Of a stretch of 64,000 nt of DNA, positions 47,206-57,106 are shown in pieces. Position 1 is the first letter of the stretch. Each line of letters starts with the position of its first letter. The position numbers and the translations under genes are program-made. The notes beneath the pieces were generated by a model that was not told the origin of the DNA, did not search any database, and was given only the letters and a program-made list of their open reading frames with translations. This DNA is from Thermoanaerobaculia bacterium. Its GTDB lineage: Bacteria; Acidobacteriota; Thermoanaerobaculia; UBA5066. Location of the stretch: assembly GCA_038214715.1 (NCBI GenBank), contig JBBQRP010000012.1:43634-107633 (forward strand). Direction: 5' to 3'.

Positions 47206-48449
47206 GCGGCGGGCGCGCGCGCAGCCGCTTGCTCTCCTCGACGGCCCTCATCTTCTACGCACTCTTCCTCGGTGTTCTCCTCGGGCACTTCCTCCCCGCC
47301 GAAACGTACCCGTGGGCCTACGAGTCCTTCCGGTTCCTGTCGAAGGCGTTCATCAGCCTGATCAAGATGCTCGTCGTTCCGCTCATCTTCGCGACGATCG
47401 TTCTCGGCATCGGCAAGACGGGCGACGTGAAGGCGGTCGGCCGCATGGGCGTCAAGGCGCTCATCTATTTCGAGATCGCGACGACGATCGCGCTCGTCAT
47501 CGGGCTCGCGTTCGCGAACCTCGTCAAGCCGGGTCTCGACCTCAAGCTGCCCCCCACCGGCGAGACCGGTCTTGCGAAACCGAAGACGCTCGTCGAGACG
47601 CTTCTCCACCTCTTTCCTTCGAATCCCGTCGACGCGATGGCGAAGCAGGACATCCTGCAGATCGTCATTTTCGCGACGCTCCTCGGGGTCGCCGCGGCCC
47701 ACGTCGGCGCCGAGAGGGCAAAACCCTTCGTCGATTTCTTCGAGGCGGCGGTCGCCGTCCTCTTCAAGCTCACGGACTACGTCATGTCCCTGACCCCCCT
47801 CGGCGTCTTCGGGGCGATGGCGGGCGCCGTGTCGCATCACGGCATCACCGTCCTCGGGAGTTACGCGAAGCTCGTCCTCTCCCTTTACGCGGCTCTCGTC
47901 GTCTTCGCGCTGATCGTGCTCGTGCCCGCGCTCAAGATCGCGGGAGTCTCGGTCCGGCGCTTCGTCGGGAAGATCCGCGAACCGTTTCTGATCGCGTTCT
48001 CGACGGCGTCCTCGGAGGCGGCCCTCCCCCGCGCCCTCGAGCGCATCGTCGAGTTCGGCGTCCCGAAGGGCGTCGCGGGCTTCGTCCTCCCCGCCGGCTA
48101 CAGCTTCAACCTGGACGGCTCGACTCTCTACATCGTCCTCGCGACGCTGACGATCGCGCAGGCCGCGGGCCGCCACCTTTCGCTCCTCGAGCAGGTCACG
48201 ATGTGCCTCGTCTTCATGCTCACGTCGAAGGGGGTCGCGGCGGTGCCCCGGGCTTCGCTCGTGATCATCGCGGCGGGGTGTGCGTCGTTCAACCTGCCCG
48301 GTGAAGCCGGCGTGGCCATGATCCTCGCCGTGGACGAGCTCATGGACATGGGCCGCACGTCGATCAACCTCGCGGGAAACTGCGTCGCGGCCGTCGTGGT
48401 CGCGAAATGGGAAGGTGTCCTCGGCCCGGAGGCGAAGATCGCGAACTAG
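47202..48449 (+). CDS. Dicarboxylate/amino acid:cation symporter (DAACS family, GltP/DctA-like)
   Basis: Eight or more TM segments plus DAACS motifs. GTG start in a GTGA overlap with the dedA stop. The track ORF begins at 47163. Confidence 0.85.
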   Translation: MSGGRARSRLLSSTALIFYALFLGVLLGHFLPAETYPWAYESFRFLSKAFISLIKMLVVPLIFATIVLGIGKTGDVKAVGRMGVKALIYFEIATTIALVIGLAFANLVKPGLDLKLPPTGETGLAKPKTLVETLLHLFPSNPVDAMAKQDILQIVIFATLLGVAAAHVGAERAKPFVDFFEAAVAVLFKLTDYVMSLTPLGVFGAMAGAVSHHGITVLGSYAKLVLSLYAALVVFALIVLVPALKIAGVSVRRFVGKIREPFLIAFSTASSEAALPRALERIVEFGVPKGVAGFVLPAGYSFNLDGSTLYIVLATLTIAQAAGRHLSLLEQVTMCLVFMLTSKGVAAVPRASLVIIAAGCASFNLPGEAGVAMILAVDELMDMGRTSINLAGNCVAAVVVAKWEGVLGPEAKIAN

Positions 48450-48465
48450 GGCCGCGGACGGGTAC

Positions 48466-48493
48466 CGGAGCGGCCGTGAGACGCGCCGCTCCG
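48466..48493. terminator. Hairpin between convergent genes (DAACS transporter and secF), possible bidirectional terminator
   Basis: CGGAGCGGC-cgtgagacgc-GCCGCTCCG. Confidence 0.35.
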
Positions 48494-48509
48494 AACCCGC
48501 CTCGAAAAC

Positions 48510-49736
48510 TCAACGGCTCTTGGCCGCCGCGGGCTTGCCCTTCGGAGCGGGAGCGGAAGCCTGGGGCTTCAGCGCGGCGCGCTTCTGCTTCGCCTCCTCC
48601 CACACGACGACGAGCGGCGCCGCGATGAAGATCGACGAGTACGTCCCGACGATGATTCCGATCATCATCACGAACGCGAACCCGCGCAGGACCTCCCCCC
48701 CGAGAAAAAAGAGGACGACGACGACGACGAACGTGAGCACCGAGGTCAGCACCGTCCGCGACAGCGTCTGGTTGATCGACGTGTTCACGAGCTCGGGGAG
48801 CGGCGTGCGCTTCGACTTCTCGCGGTTCTCGCGGATGCGGTCGAAGACGACGACCGTGTCGTTCACGGAATAGCCGATGAGAGTCAGGAACGCCGCCACG
48901 ACCGTGAGCGAGATCTCGACGTTCAGGAGCGAGCAGATTCCGAGGGTCGCCCACGTGTCGTGAATGAGAGCGACGACCGCGGCCGAGCCGAAGGAGGCCG
49001 ACTTGAACCTCCACGCGATGTACAGGAGCATCGCGGCCCACGAGAACAGGATCGCCCAGGTCCCCTTCTCGCGCAGGTCTTTTCCGACCTGAGGACCGAC
49101 GTTTTCAGCCGAGAGGAGCGTGAACGGGCCGGAGACCGTCTTTGCCTTGAGCCACTCGCCGGTCGCCGGTGAGACTCCCTCGGTTTTCGAGGCTTCGTCG
49201 ACGGAATGGAAGAGCCCCTTCTCCGATCGCGCCGCGATCAGGGCCTCGACTTCGCGCCCGTATTCGACCTTGGGGTCTGCGTTCGGGCGCGTCGAGAGCT
49301 TCTCGGGATCGTCGGCGATCAGCTTCATGAGGAGCGTGTCCGCTCCGTTCAGGTTCAGGTCGAAGGCAGAGGGGCTCGCGCCCTCGGGGAACAGCGCCTT
49401 CGTGAGCGCGGCCGTCACTTCCTTCGAGAGGTCGCGGCCTTCCTTCTTCTCGAGTGGAACACGGAGGAGAACCTGGTTCTTCTCGGGCTTGTCGAACCGC
49501 TGCACGGACACCACGTTGACGTTCGCGGCTTCGACGATCTTCCTCACCTCGTCCTCGTCGGGGGACTTCGCAAACCCGTAGACGATCTGGGCCCCGCCCG
49601 TGAAGTCGATGCCGAGCTTCGGGCCGCCCTTCGCGACCAGCGAGATCGTGCCGATGACGATCGTGAGAATCGAGATCGAGATCGCGATCCACTTGACCTT
49701 GAGGAAGTCGATGTTCGTGTTGTGAAACAGGCGCAC
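48510..49736 (-). CDS. secF: Protein translocase subunit SecF (with C-terminal basic extension)
   Basis: NIDFLKVKWIAISISIL...GIDFTGG and a SecD/SecF TM bundle. Confidence 0.9.
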   Translation of the reverse strand: MRLFHNTNIDFLKVKWIAISISILTIVIGTISLVAKGGPKLGIDFTGGAQIVYGFAKSPDEDEVRKIVEAANVNVVSVQRFDKPEKNQVLLRVPLEKKEGRDLSKEVTAALTKALFPEGASPSAFDLNLNGADTLLMKLIADDPEKLSTRPNADPKVEYGREVEALIAARSEKGLFHSVDEASKTEGVSPATGEWLKAKTVSGPFTLLSAENVGPQVGKDLREKGTWAILFSWAAMLLYIAWRFKSASFGSAAVVALIHDTWATLGICSLLNVEISLTVVAAFLTLIGYSVNDTVVVFDRIRENREKSKRTPLPELVNTSINQTLSRTVLTSVLTFVVVVVLFFLGGEVLRGFAFVMMIGIIVGTYSSIFIAAPLVVVWEEAKQKRAALKPQASAPAPKGKPAAAKSR

Positions 49737-49752
49737 GTTTTTCCGCTCCGTG

Positions 49753-51384
49753 TCAGATGGAAAGTGTCTCGACGCGCTCCTTCGGACCGTAGATCAGGTC
49801 GAAGAGCAGGTGCGACACGAAGACCGCGGTGAAGACCGAGGCCAGGAGTCCGATGACGAGGGTCACGGCAAAGCCCTTCACGGGACCGGTGCCGAACTGG
49901 AACAGGAAAAGGGCCGCCATGATCGTCGTGACGTGCGTGTCGACGATCGTTCCCCACGCGCGCTTGAAGCCGAGGTCGATCGCAGCCTTCGGCGCCTTGC
50001 CGTTGCCCATCTCCTCGCGGATGCGCTCGAAGATGAGGACGTTCGAGTCCACCGCCATGCCGATCGTGAGGATGAACCCCGCGATCCCCGGCAGCGTGAG
50101 CGTCGCGTTGATGTACGCCATCGCGCCGAGAAGGATCAGAGAATTCAGGATCAGCGCGACGACGGCGTTCACGCCCGAGAGCCTGTAGTAGAGGACGACC
50201 GCGATGAAGACGCAGATCATTCCGACGACCGAGGCAAGGACGCCCTTCTTGATCGAGTCGAGGCCGAGCGACGGCCCGACCGTGCGCTCCTCGAGAATGA
50301 TCATCTCCGCGGGGAGAGCGCCCGAGCGGAGCACGAGCGACAGGGCGTCAGCCTTCTCCGGGGTGAAGTTTCCCTCGATGATGCCGCTTTCCTTGATCTG
50401 GCTGTTGATGTTCGGCGCGGACTGGACTCGCTTGTCGAGCACGATCGCGAGGTGCTTGTTGATGTTCTCGCCCGTGACCTTCGCGAACTTCGTGGCACCG
50501 GCCGCGTTCAGGAAGAACATGACGGCCGGCTGGTTGAACTTGTCGCGATCCACGCGGGCGTTCTTCATGTCCCGCCCCGTGACGGCGGCGGCCCGCTTGA
50601 GGACGTACCAGACGGGAGTCCGCGTGCGCGCGTCGGCGTCCTCATTGAAGCCTTCGACGATCTCGAGGTCGTCCGGCACCGTTCCGCCGTAGGCCGAGCG
50701 GGCCCCCTCCATCGTCGGATAGGGGCCGCCCCGGTCGTCCACGAGCTTCAGCTCCAGGAGACCGGTCGTTCCAATGATCTCCTTGACGCGGCTGGGATCG
50801 TCCACGCCCGGGATCTCGACCACGATCCGGTCGTTGCCCTGACGCTGGATGACGGGCTCGGCGACGCCGAGCGCGTCGACGCGATTCCGGATCGTCTCGA
50901 CCGCCTGGCGCGTCGCCTGGTCTTCGATCGTGATCCTCTCGGAGTCCTTGAACGAGATCTTCCACTCCCGCCCGCGCTGGTCGACGGCCCACGCGTTCGG
51001 CGGGAGGACCGCCGAGACGAGATCCTTCAGCTTCGCGGCGTCCGTCTTCTCGTCGATCTTCAGCGTGAAACCCGTACCGTCCGCGGGTCCGGCCGGGGCG
51101 AGGACCACGCCGCGCTTGCCGCCTTCGTCCTTGAGACGCTCGAGCGCGTCCTGCGCTTCGACGCGCAGCGCGTCGGCCGTCTTTACCTGCATGACGAGGT
51201 GAATGCCCCCGCGAAGGTCGAGGCCGAGCTTGAGGCCGTTCTTGAGAACGTCCGAAATCGTCGGATTCGGGGGCGCTGTCGGAGACTTCTTCAGCGCCTC
51301 GTGGCCCCGCCACCAGTACGCCCCGATCGAACCGAGAAGGACGGCCAACGTCACGCCGACGCGCCATCCGGTGGGCTTGTTCAC
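49753..51384 (-). CDS. secD: Protein translocase subunit SecD
   Basis: SecD periplasmic domain and TM bundle. GTG start at 51384 has a GGAGG RBS. The 182-aa Arg-rich N-terminal extension in the track is rejected. Confidence 0.85.
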   Translation of the reverse strand: MNKPTGWRVGVTLAVLLGSIGAYWWRGHEALKKSPTAPPNPTISDVLKNGLKLGLDLRGGIHLVMQVKTADALRVEAQDALERLKDEGGKRGVVLAPAGPADGTGFTLKIDEKTDAAKLKDLVSAVLPPNAWAVDQRGREWKISFKDSERITIEDQATRQAVETIRNRVDALGVAEPVIQRQGNDRIVVEIPGVDDPSRVKEIIGTTGLLELKLVDDRGGPYPTMEGARSAYGGTVPDDLEIVEGFNEDADARTRTPVWYVLKRAAAVTGRDMKNARVDRDKFNQPAVMFFLNAAGATKFAKVTGENINKHLAIVLDKRVQSAPNINSQIKESGIIEGNFTPEKADALSLVLRSGALPAEMIILEERTVGPSLGLDSIKKGVLASVVGMICVFIAVVLYYRLSGVNAVVALILNSLILLGAMAYINATLTLPGIAGFILTIGMAVDSNVLIFERIREEMGNGKAPKAAIDLGFKRAWGTIVDTHVTTIMAALFLFQFGTGPVKGFAVTLVIGLLASVFTAVFVSHLLFDLIYGPKERVETLSI

Positions 51385-51506
51385 GAACGCAACCTCCGGA
51401 CGCGGGCCCGTCCGGAAGGCGGCAGGAGCCACCCGTTCGTCAGGAAACCGCGGGATGCGCCCGGCTTCTCCGGGCGAACCGGCGGAGTCTACCAGAAGCC
51501 CCGTGC

Positions 51507-54416
51507 TTAAGGTTCCTCTGGACGCGGAAGGGACGGCCGGGACGAATAAGGAGCAAGGGACACACGCGTCAGCCTCTGAACGATCTCGGGAGGGAGCGAG
51601 GCGAAGAGCCGCTCGTGCCTCCAGGCGTGACACGACACGACGAGGACGGGGCGCTCCCCGAGAACGTCCGTCGCGAGGAACCGCATCACGGCGAGAAAGC
51701 GCTCGTCGTCCGCGCCCACGAGGGGATCGTCGAGCAGGAGGGGCACGCCCGCGACCCCCGTCCCGAGATAACGCAGGGTCGCGAGGCGCGCCGTCAGGTG
51801 CAGCTGTTCTCGCGCCCCGGTCGAGAGGCCGGACCGGATCTCGCCCTTCGTCGCGACGCGCCCTCCGCGGACGAGCACCGAGAGGGAAAGGTCGTCGCCG
51901 AACTCGAGAGCCTCGTACGGCGTCTGCCACGTCGCGAGGATCTCCTTCGAAGCGGCCTGCAGCCCGCGCCGAAAGTCGCCGTAGACGGACGAAGCCGCGG
52001 AGAGAAGAGTCGTCCGGGCGAGCTCGAGCGCGTCCCGGAAGAGGATCGCGCGGGCCTGCGACGCCTCGGCGGACGCGAGATCCTCCTCCACGGAGCGCGC
52101 CATCTCCCCGCCCTCGCGCGCGGCGTCTGCGAGCTCCCGCTCTGCCGCGACGCGGGCGTTCTCGGCGGCGGCCATCGCAGACCGCGCCGCGTCCGCGGCC
52201 CGGCGCGCCGCCTCTGGTGTCTCGGGGAGTGTGAGCGCCTGTGAGTCGACGCCGAGTTGCGCCGCGCGCCGCGCGCCTTCGTCGTCGAGACTCGCGAGAC
52301 GCGCGGCGAGATCGGCCTCCTCGCCTTCGCCACCGCCTTCGCGGCGGGCCGGAAGCTCGTGTTCAACGAGCCGTTTCAGGCGCGCGGCCTTACGCCGGCC
52401 GGCTTCCGCCGCGACGAGCCCCTCGAGAAGGGGCAAAGAGCCCGGAATCCCCATCCGCGAAAGGGCGTCGCGGAGCCGCCCCTCGATCTCACGGATGTCC
52501 CCGTCCTCGCGCAGGAGCCGCTCCGCCTCCCGGGCGAGGACCTCGTCCCCCATTCGCGCGTCCTGATGACAGCGCCCGAGGTCCGCGAGGAACGAGAGCG
52601 CACGCTCGGACTCCTCGGGAGCAGGAAGCCCTTCCGGAAGCGACAGCATCGTGCGATGCGGCCGGAGAGCCTCTCCCAGCGCCTGCAGGCGCTTGATCGC
52701 GGCGTCGCGACGGGCCGTCAAGGCGACCATGTGGCGGCGGGGCTCTTCCGCCCCGCGCGCGCGCCGATTAGCCTTGAGCATCGCGGACGCGTCGCGATAG
52801 CCGGCTCCCCGCGCGAGCCGGTCGAGCCGGAGACGCAGGCCGGACAGGCGTTTCCGAAGCTCCACGGCCTTGCGCCGGCAGCTGCCCTCGTCTTCGCGGG
52901 CGCGCGCTTCGTCCGAGAGGCGATGGCGCACGGCGCGCGCCCACGCGATTCCTCCGAAGAGTCCGAGCGAGAGGACGAATACGGCGAGCGATGCGACCAT
53001 GTAGACGGGCGCGCCCGCGGCGCGGAGCGCGAGCCACGCCACGAAGGGAACGCAGACGGCAGCCGCGACGACGAGGGAGCGCGCGAGCCGCACGCGCTGT
53101 TTCCGCTCGCCCGCGGCGATGGCCGCCGTCGCGCCTGCGTCGGCCACGCGCCGGTCCAGCTTCACGCCTTCGAGCTCGAGCCCCGCCCTCTCCTCCTCCG
53201 CGCCCGCGAGAAACGCCCGATCCTCGGGGGAGAGCGCATCGAGGCGGACGAAATCCTCCGCGAGCCCGTCCCGTCTGAGGACGCTCCAGCGCTCCTCCAG
53301 GAGCTCTTCCGCCTCCGAGCGATCCCGCGCGGCCGAGACTTCTCCACGCAGCGTCTCCTCCAGCGCCGCGCGCTCGGATTCACCGAGCCGGAACGCGGGC
53401 CCGAAGCGGCGCGCGAGCTCCTCTGCCTCCCGGGCCGCGCCGCGCACGCTCTCCGCCAGCGCCACCCGGGCCGTTTCGAGAGCCTGTGGCCTGTTCCCGC
53501 GCTCCTCGCGAAGGCGGTCCACGGCAGCGAGTGCGGTCTCCGAGAAGAGCTCCGCTTCGGGCGCGAGTTCGCGGACCTCGTCCTCGGCGGCCCGTCGCTT
53601 CCTGATCGCGGTGCCGAGCGTCTCGCGCCGCCGCGCGAGCGCGCGGCGATGGGCGAGAACCTCCGCGAGCGCGGCGATCTCGGCGGCGCGCCCTGCCTCG
53701 TCGCGGGCCCGCGCGCACCCCGAGAGACGCGCGGAGGCCTGAGCGGCCGCGGCGCGCCGGGCCGCGAGCTCCGCGCGCCTCTGGCGAAGCGCTTCCACGC
53801 GCTTGCCGAGCCTCGCGATTTCCGTATCCACTGAAATTTTCATGCCGGCCGAGGGTTCCGGCATTTCGGCCCGGACGGCCTCGAGAGCCTTGAGGGCGCG
53901 GACGACGGAGGCCTCTCCTCCCCCCGAGTCCGCGATGCGCGCGAGCTCGACCGTCAGGCCCGAATCGAGGGAATCCCGGTCGAGGACGTTCTGCGAGACG
54001 TAGGCGGTCGCGCGGAAGAGCGCTTCCGTCAACCCACCCGTCACCGTCTGGCCGAACACGTCGCGCCCGCCCGCGCGCAGGAACTCCTGCGTGCAGTCGA
54101 GGCCCTGGTCGCGGTCGACGACACGGAGCGTTCCCGCATCGAGGTCGCGGTCGACGGACCAGCGCGTTGTCCCGGCGGTCACGTCGAGCCCGACGCGCAG
54201 GGGTGCGCCGCTCCGCGGCCTTCTCACTTCGCGCACGCGCCCCGCGATGCCGCGCGTCGACGGGAGGCCGTAAAGCGCCGTGACGATCGCCTCGCAGAGC
54301 GTCGTCTTGCCCGTTTCGTTCGGATCGACGGCGAGGAGGACGCGCCCTTCCGGCCACGCGAGATCGAGATCGCGAAGAGCGCCGAACCCGTCGATCCGGA
54401 TGCGTTCGATCTTCAC
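51507..54416 (-). CDS. SbcC/Rad50-like ATPase with central transmembrane hairpin (YhaN/SbcE-like)
   Basis: N-terminal Walker A (RIDGFGAL...VDPNETGKTTLCEAIVTALYG), long coiled coils, two adjacent hydrophobic helices near the middle, and a C-terminal signature/Walker B (LSTGAREQLHLTARLA...VPLLLDDP). GTG start in a GTGA overlap with the nuclease gene stop. Confidence 0.8.
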   Translation of the reverse strand: MKIERIRIDGFGALRDLDLAWPEGRVLLAVDPNETGKTTLCEAIVTALYGLPSTRGIAGRVREVRRPRSGAPLRVGLDVTAGTTRWSVDRDLDAGTLRVVDRDQGLDCTQEFLRAGGRDVFGQTVTGGLTEALFRATAYVSQNVLDRDSLDSGLTVELARIADSGGGEASVVRALKALEAVRAEMPEPSAGMKISVDTEIARLGKRVEALRQRRAELAARRAAAAQASARLSGCARARDEAGRAAEIAALAEVLAHRRALARRRETLGTAIRKRRAAEDEVRELAPEAELFSETALAAVDRLREERGNRPQALETARVALAESVRGAAREAEELARRFGPAFRLGESERAALEETLRGEVSAARDRSEAEELLEERWSVLRRDGLAEDFVRLDALSPEDRAFLAGAEEERAGLELEGVKLDRRVADAGATAAIAAGERKQRVRLARSLVVAAAVCVPFVAWLALRAAGAPVYMVASLAVFVLSLGLFGGIAWARAVRHRLSDEARAREDEGSCRRKAVELRKRLSGLRLRLDRLARGAGYRDASAMLKANRRARGAEEPRRHMVALTARRDAAIKRLQALGEALRPHRTMLSLPEGLPAPEESERALSFLADLGRCHQDARMGDEVLAREAERLLREDGDIREIEGRLRDALSRMGIPGSLPLLEGLVAAEAGRRKAARLKRLVEHELPARREGGGEGEEADLAARLASLDDEGARRAAQLGVDSQALTLPETPEAARRAADAARSAMAAAENARVAAERELADAAREGGEMARSVEEDLASAEASQARAILFRDALELARTTLLSAASSVYGDFRRGLQAASKEILATWQTPYEALEFGDDLSLSVLVRGGRVATKGEIRSGLSTGAREQLHLTARLATLRYLGTGVAGVPLLLDDPLVGADDERFLAVMRFLATDVLGERPVLVVSCHAWRHERLFASLPPEIVQRLTRVSLAPYSSRPSLPRPEEP

Positions 54417-55624
54417 CGGTCCTCCGCGTCCGGCGGGCGGACCGGCCTTCCGAGGAGCGCGTCGCGTCCCAGGCGGAGGGCGAGATCCACGACGCGCCGC
54501 CGCGCGTCGCCTTCGGCCGCGGCGCGGAGGGTCGCGAGGTCGGACGCGAAGCGGCCCTCCGCCGAGCGGGGACCGGGCTCGGGCGCGGGCGGTTCCGTTT
54601 CGTCGCGCACGGCAAGGTGCTTCACGCGCAACCCAACCGGCCTCAGGATGTCCGCCGGACGGGCTCCGAACGTCTGCGTCCCCGTGAGCGTGACGCGCAC
54701 GAGGTCCGCGGCCGCGACGCCCGCGTCCCGGAACGCGGCCTCGACTCTCTCGACGAGGGGGCCGGCTTCGAGCTCCGTCACGTCCACCGTCAGATCCCGG
54801 ATGACGCGCGCGTCGGCCGGGACCCTCTCGACGACGATCGGAGATCCGTCCGCGGGCAGGGTCACGCGCAGGAAGAAACGCGGCCCGGCCTCGTCCAGAC
54901 CGCGCCCCGTCGGACATCCCGAATAGGCGCCGCGCGGGCGCCCGTCGTCACCCACGACGACGTGCGCGTGGTGGTGGTGTCCGAGCGCGGCCCACGAGAA
55001 GCCCGCCCCGAAGAGCTCGCCCGCGGAGAATGGCGCCGTACGCTTCGTGCCGCGCGGAGAATCGGCGCCGGTGTAGGACTCGAGCGATCCGTGCAGGAGG
55101 AGCAGCGCGTGCGGCGTCGGGGGCCGCGCGGGCGGAGGCGCGAGCGGGCGCTCGACAACGACGGCGGAGGAGAGGAACGCGCGCCCGACGACCGTCACGT
55201 CGTCACGCCCCGGGAAGGGGACGGCCGCCCACTCCGGGCCGCGAAAGACGACGACGTTCTCGGGCCACGGCCTCATTCCGAGCGCGGCGAGGAGCGCCGG
55301 GTCGTAGTAGCCGCCCGGCCCCGCGAAATCGTGGTTTCCGGGCGCCACGAAGACGGGCCGCGGCGCGAACGAGGCGAACGCCTCGAGCAGCCTGTGAATC
55401 GTCGCGGGCGGAACGTTCTCGGCGTCCCACAGGTCCCCCGGAACGAGAAGCGCTTCCGCACCGCAGGAGACCGCGGCGGCCACCGCACGCTCCGCGGCGG
55501 CGTCCACTTCGTCGCGGCGCGCCGCCCGCGTTTCGGGCGTGAACGAGAGTCCGCCCCCGGTCAGCGCGGAGCCCAGGTGCCAGTCCGAGGACTGCAGAAA
55601 CGTCAGGGGGCGCCCGGAGGTCAC
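54413..55624 (-). CDS. SbcD/Mre11-like calcineurin-type nuclease (YhaO/SbcF-like)
   Basis: SDWHLG, PGDLWD, GNHD and GHHHH metallophosphoesterase motifs, followed by a C-terminal extension. Confidence 0.8.
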   Translation of the reverse strand: MTSGRPLTFLQSSDWHLGSALTGGGLSFTPETRAARRDEVDAAAERAVAAAVSCGAEALLVPGDLWDAENVPPATIHRLLEAFASFAPRPVFVAPGNHDFAGPGGYYDPALLAALGMRPWPENVVVFRGPEWAAVPFPGRDDVTVVGRAFLSSAVVVERPLAPPPARPPTPHALLLLHGSLESYTGADSPRGTKRTAPFSAGELFGAGFSWAALGHHHHAHVVVGDDGRPRGAYSGCPTGRGLDEAGPRFFLRVTLPADGSPIVVERVPADARVIRDLTVDVTELEAGPLVERVEAAFRDAGVAAADLVRVTLTGTQTFGARPADILRPVGLRVKHLAVRDETEPPAPEPGPRSAEGRFASDLATLRAAAEGDARRRVVDLALRLGRDALLGRPVRPPDAEDR

Positions 55625-55638
55625 CCCCTAGTTTCGCA

Positions 55639-55965
55639 CTACGTGGCGGATTCCTTCGAGTCAGCCTCGCCGGTGGTCCCGCCTATGGCGCTACGGTTCA
55701 CCTTGATCTTCACCGTGTCGGCGATCTTCAGCCAGACGATCTGGTCCTCGACCTGCGCGATCGTGCCGTGAATGCCGCCGCTCGTGACCACGCGATCTCC
55801 CTTTTTCAGGGCCGCGAGGAGCTCCTTCTGCTTCTTCTGCTGCTTGCGCATCGGCGCGAGAAGAACGAAGTAGAAGATCACGAACATGAGGACGTACGGG
55901 ACCATCTGGACGAGCGGCGAGGCCGCCGCCGAGGGCGCCGCCTGCAGGAGGTGGAACGGGTTCAT
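55639..55965 (-). CDS. yajC: Preprotein translocase subunit YajC
   Basis: Single TM helix plus the YajC motif (KGDRVVTSGGIHGTIAQVED). ATG overlaps the tgt stop (ATGA). Confidence 0.8.
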   Translation of the reverse strand: MNPFHLLQAAPSAAASPLVQMVPYVLMFVIFYFVLLAPMRKQQKKQKELLAALKKGDRVVTSGGIHGTIAQVEDQIVWLKIADTVKIKVNRSAIGGTTGEADSKESAT

Positions 55966-57101
55966 GGGACGTCCTTTCCGATGGTCCGCGACCACTTCGG
56001 GAGCGCTTCCGCCGCCCAGGCCGCGAACCGTTTCGCATCGAGAGCCTCACGGATTCCCCGCATCAAGTCAAGGATCGCCGTCAGGTTGTGAACCGTCATG
56101 AGCGTCGCGGCGGTGGGCTCCCCCGCGACGAAGAGATGGCGCAGGTACGCTCGCGAGTGCCGGCGGCAGGTCGGACAGCCGCACGCCGGGTCGGGCGGCG
56201 CGGCGTCTTCCCGGTACCTTGCGTGCTTGATCGCGAGGGCGCCTTCCGACGTGTAGAGGAGGCCGTGACGCGCGGCGCGTGTCGGAAGGACGCAATCGAA
56301 CATGTCGAATCCCTGCGCGACCGCGTCGATGAGGTCGTCCGGCCGCCCGACCCCCATGAGGTAGCGGGGCCGGTCCACCGGAAGAAGAGGCGCCGTATGC
56401 GCGACCATCGCGCGCATTTCCTCCTTCGGCTCGCCGACCGAGAGGCCCCCGCAGGCGATCCCGTCGAACGGGAGAGCCGCGATCGTGGCGGCGCTCTCGG
56501 CCCGGAGAGACGGGAACATCCCGCCCTGCACGATTCCGAAGAGCGCGCCGCGCGTTCCCGAGATCGCGTCCCGGCGTTCGGCCGCTCTCTTCGCCCAGCG
56601 GTGGGTGAGGTCCATGGACGCGCGGGCGGCGTCCTCGGTCGCCGGATACGGGGTACATTCGTCGAGGACCATCGCCACGTCCACGCCGAAGTCGGCGAGC
56701 TGGAGGTCGACGGCGCGCTCGGGGGTGAGGGCATGGGCCGACCCGTCGATGTGGCTCCTGAAAAGGACTCCGTCCTCGGAGAGCGTCCGGTTTCCCGCGA
56801 GGGACATGACCTGATAGCCGCCGGAGTCGGTCAGGATGGGCCGGTCCCAGCCGATGAAGCGATTGAGTCCGCCGAGTTTTTTCACGACGTCGCCGCCCGG
56901 CCGGAGCATCAGGTGGTACGTGTTCGCGAGCACGATCTCCGCCCCGGCCGCCTCGAGGTCGCCCCACCGGGCGGCCTTCACGGTGCCCGCGGTTCCCACC
57001 GGCATGAACGCGGGAGTCTCGACGGTTCCGTGGTCCAGTGTGAGGCGTCCGCGGCGCGGTCCTGAGCCGCCCGAAGGGGACCGCAGCTCGAAGCCCAGCA
57101 T
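55962..57101 (-). CDS. tgt: Queuine tRNA-ribosyltransferase
   Basis: TPAFMPVGTAGTVK, a zinc site (CGCPTCRRHSRAYLRHL) and a TIM barrel. ATG at 57101; the track ORF extends to 57293. Confidence 0.9.
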   Translation of the reverse strand: MLGFELRSPSGGSGPRRGRLTLDHGTVETPAFMPVGTAGTVKAARWGDLEAAGAEIVLANTYHLMLRPGGDVVKKLGGLNRFIGWDRPILTDSGGYQVMSLAGNRTLSEDGVLFRSHIDGSAHALTPERAVDLQLADFGVDVAMVLDECTPYPATEDAARASMDLTHRWAKRAAERRDAISGTRGALFGIVQGGMFPSLRAESAATIAALPFDGIACGGLSVGEPKEEMRAMVAHTAPLLPVDRPRYLMGVGRPDDLIDAVAQGFDMFDCVLPTRAARHGLLYTSEGALAIKHARYREDAAPPDPACGCPTCRRHSRAYLRHLFVAGEPTAATLMTVHNLTAILDLMRGIREALDAKRFAAWAAEALPKWSRTIGKDVP

Positions 57102-57106
57102 CCCGG

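Noticed and set aside
51507-54917. N-terminal 168 aa of the track ORF for the SbcC-like ATPase
   Set aside because: This stretch is Arg/Gly/Pro-rich junk preceding the clear Walker-A N-terminus. The GTG at 54416 sits in a GTGA overlap with the upstream nuclease stop, which marks the true start.
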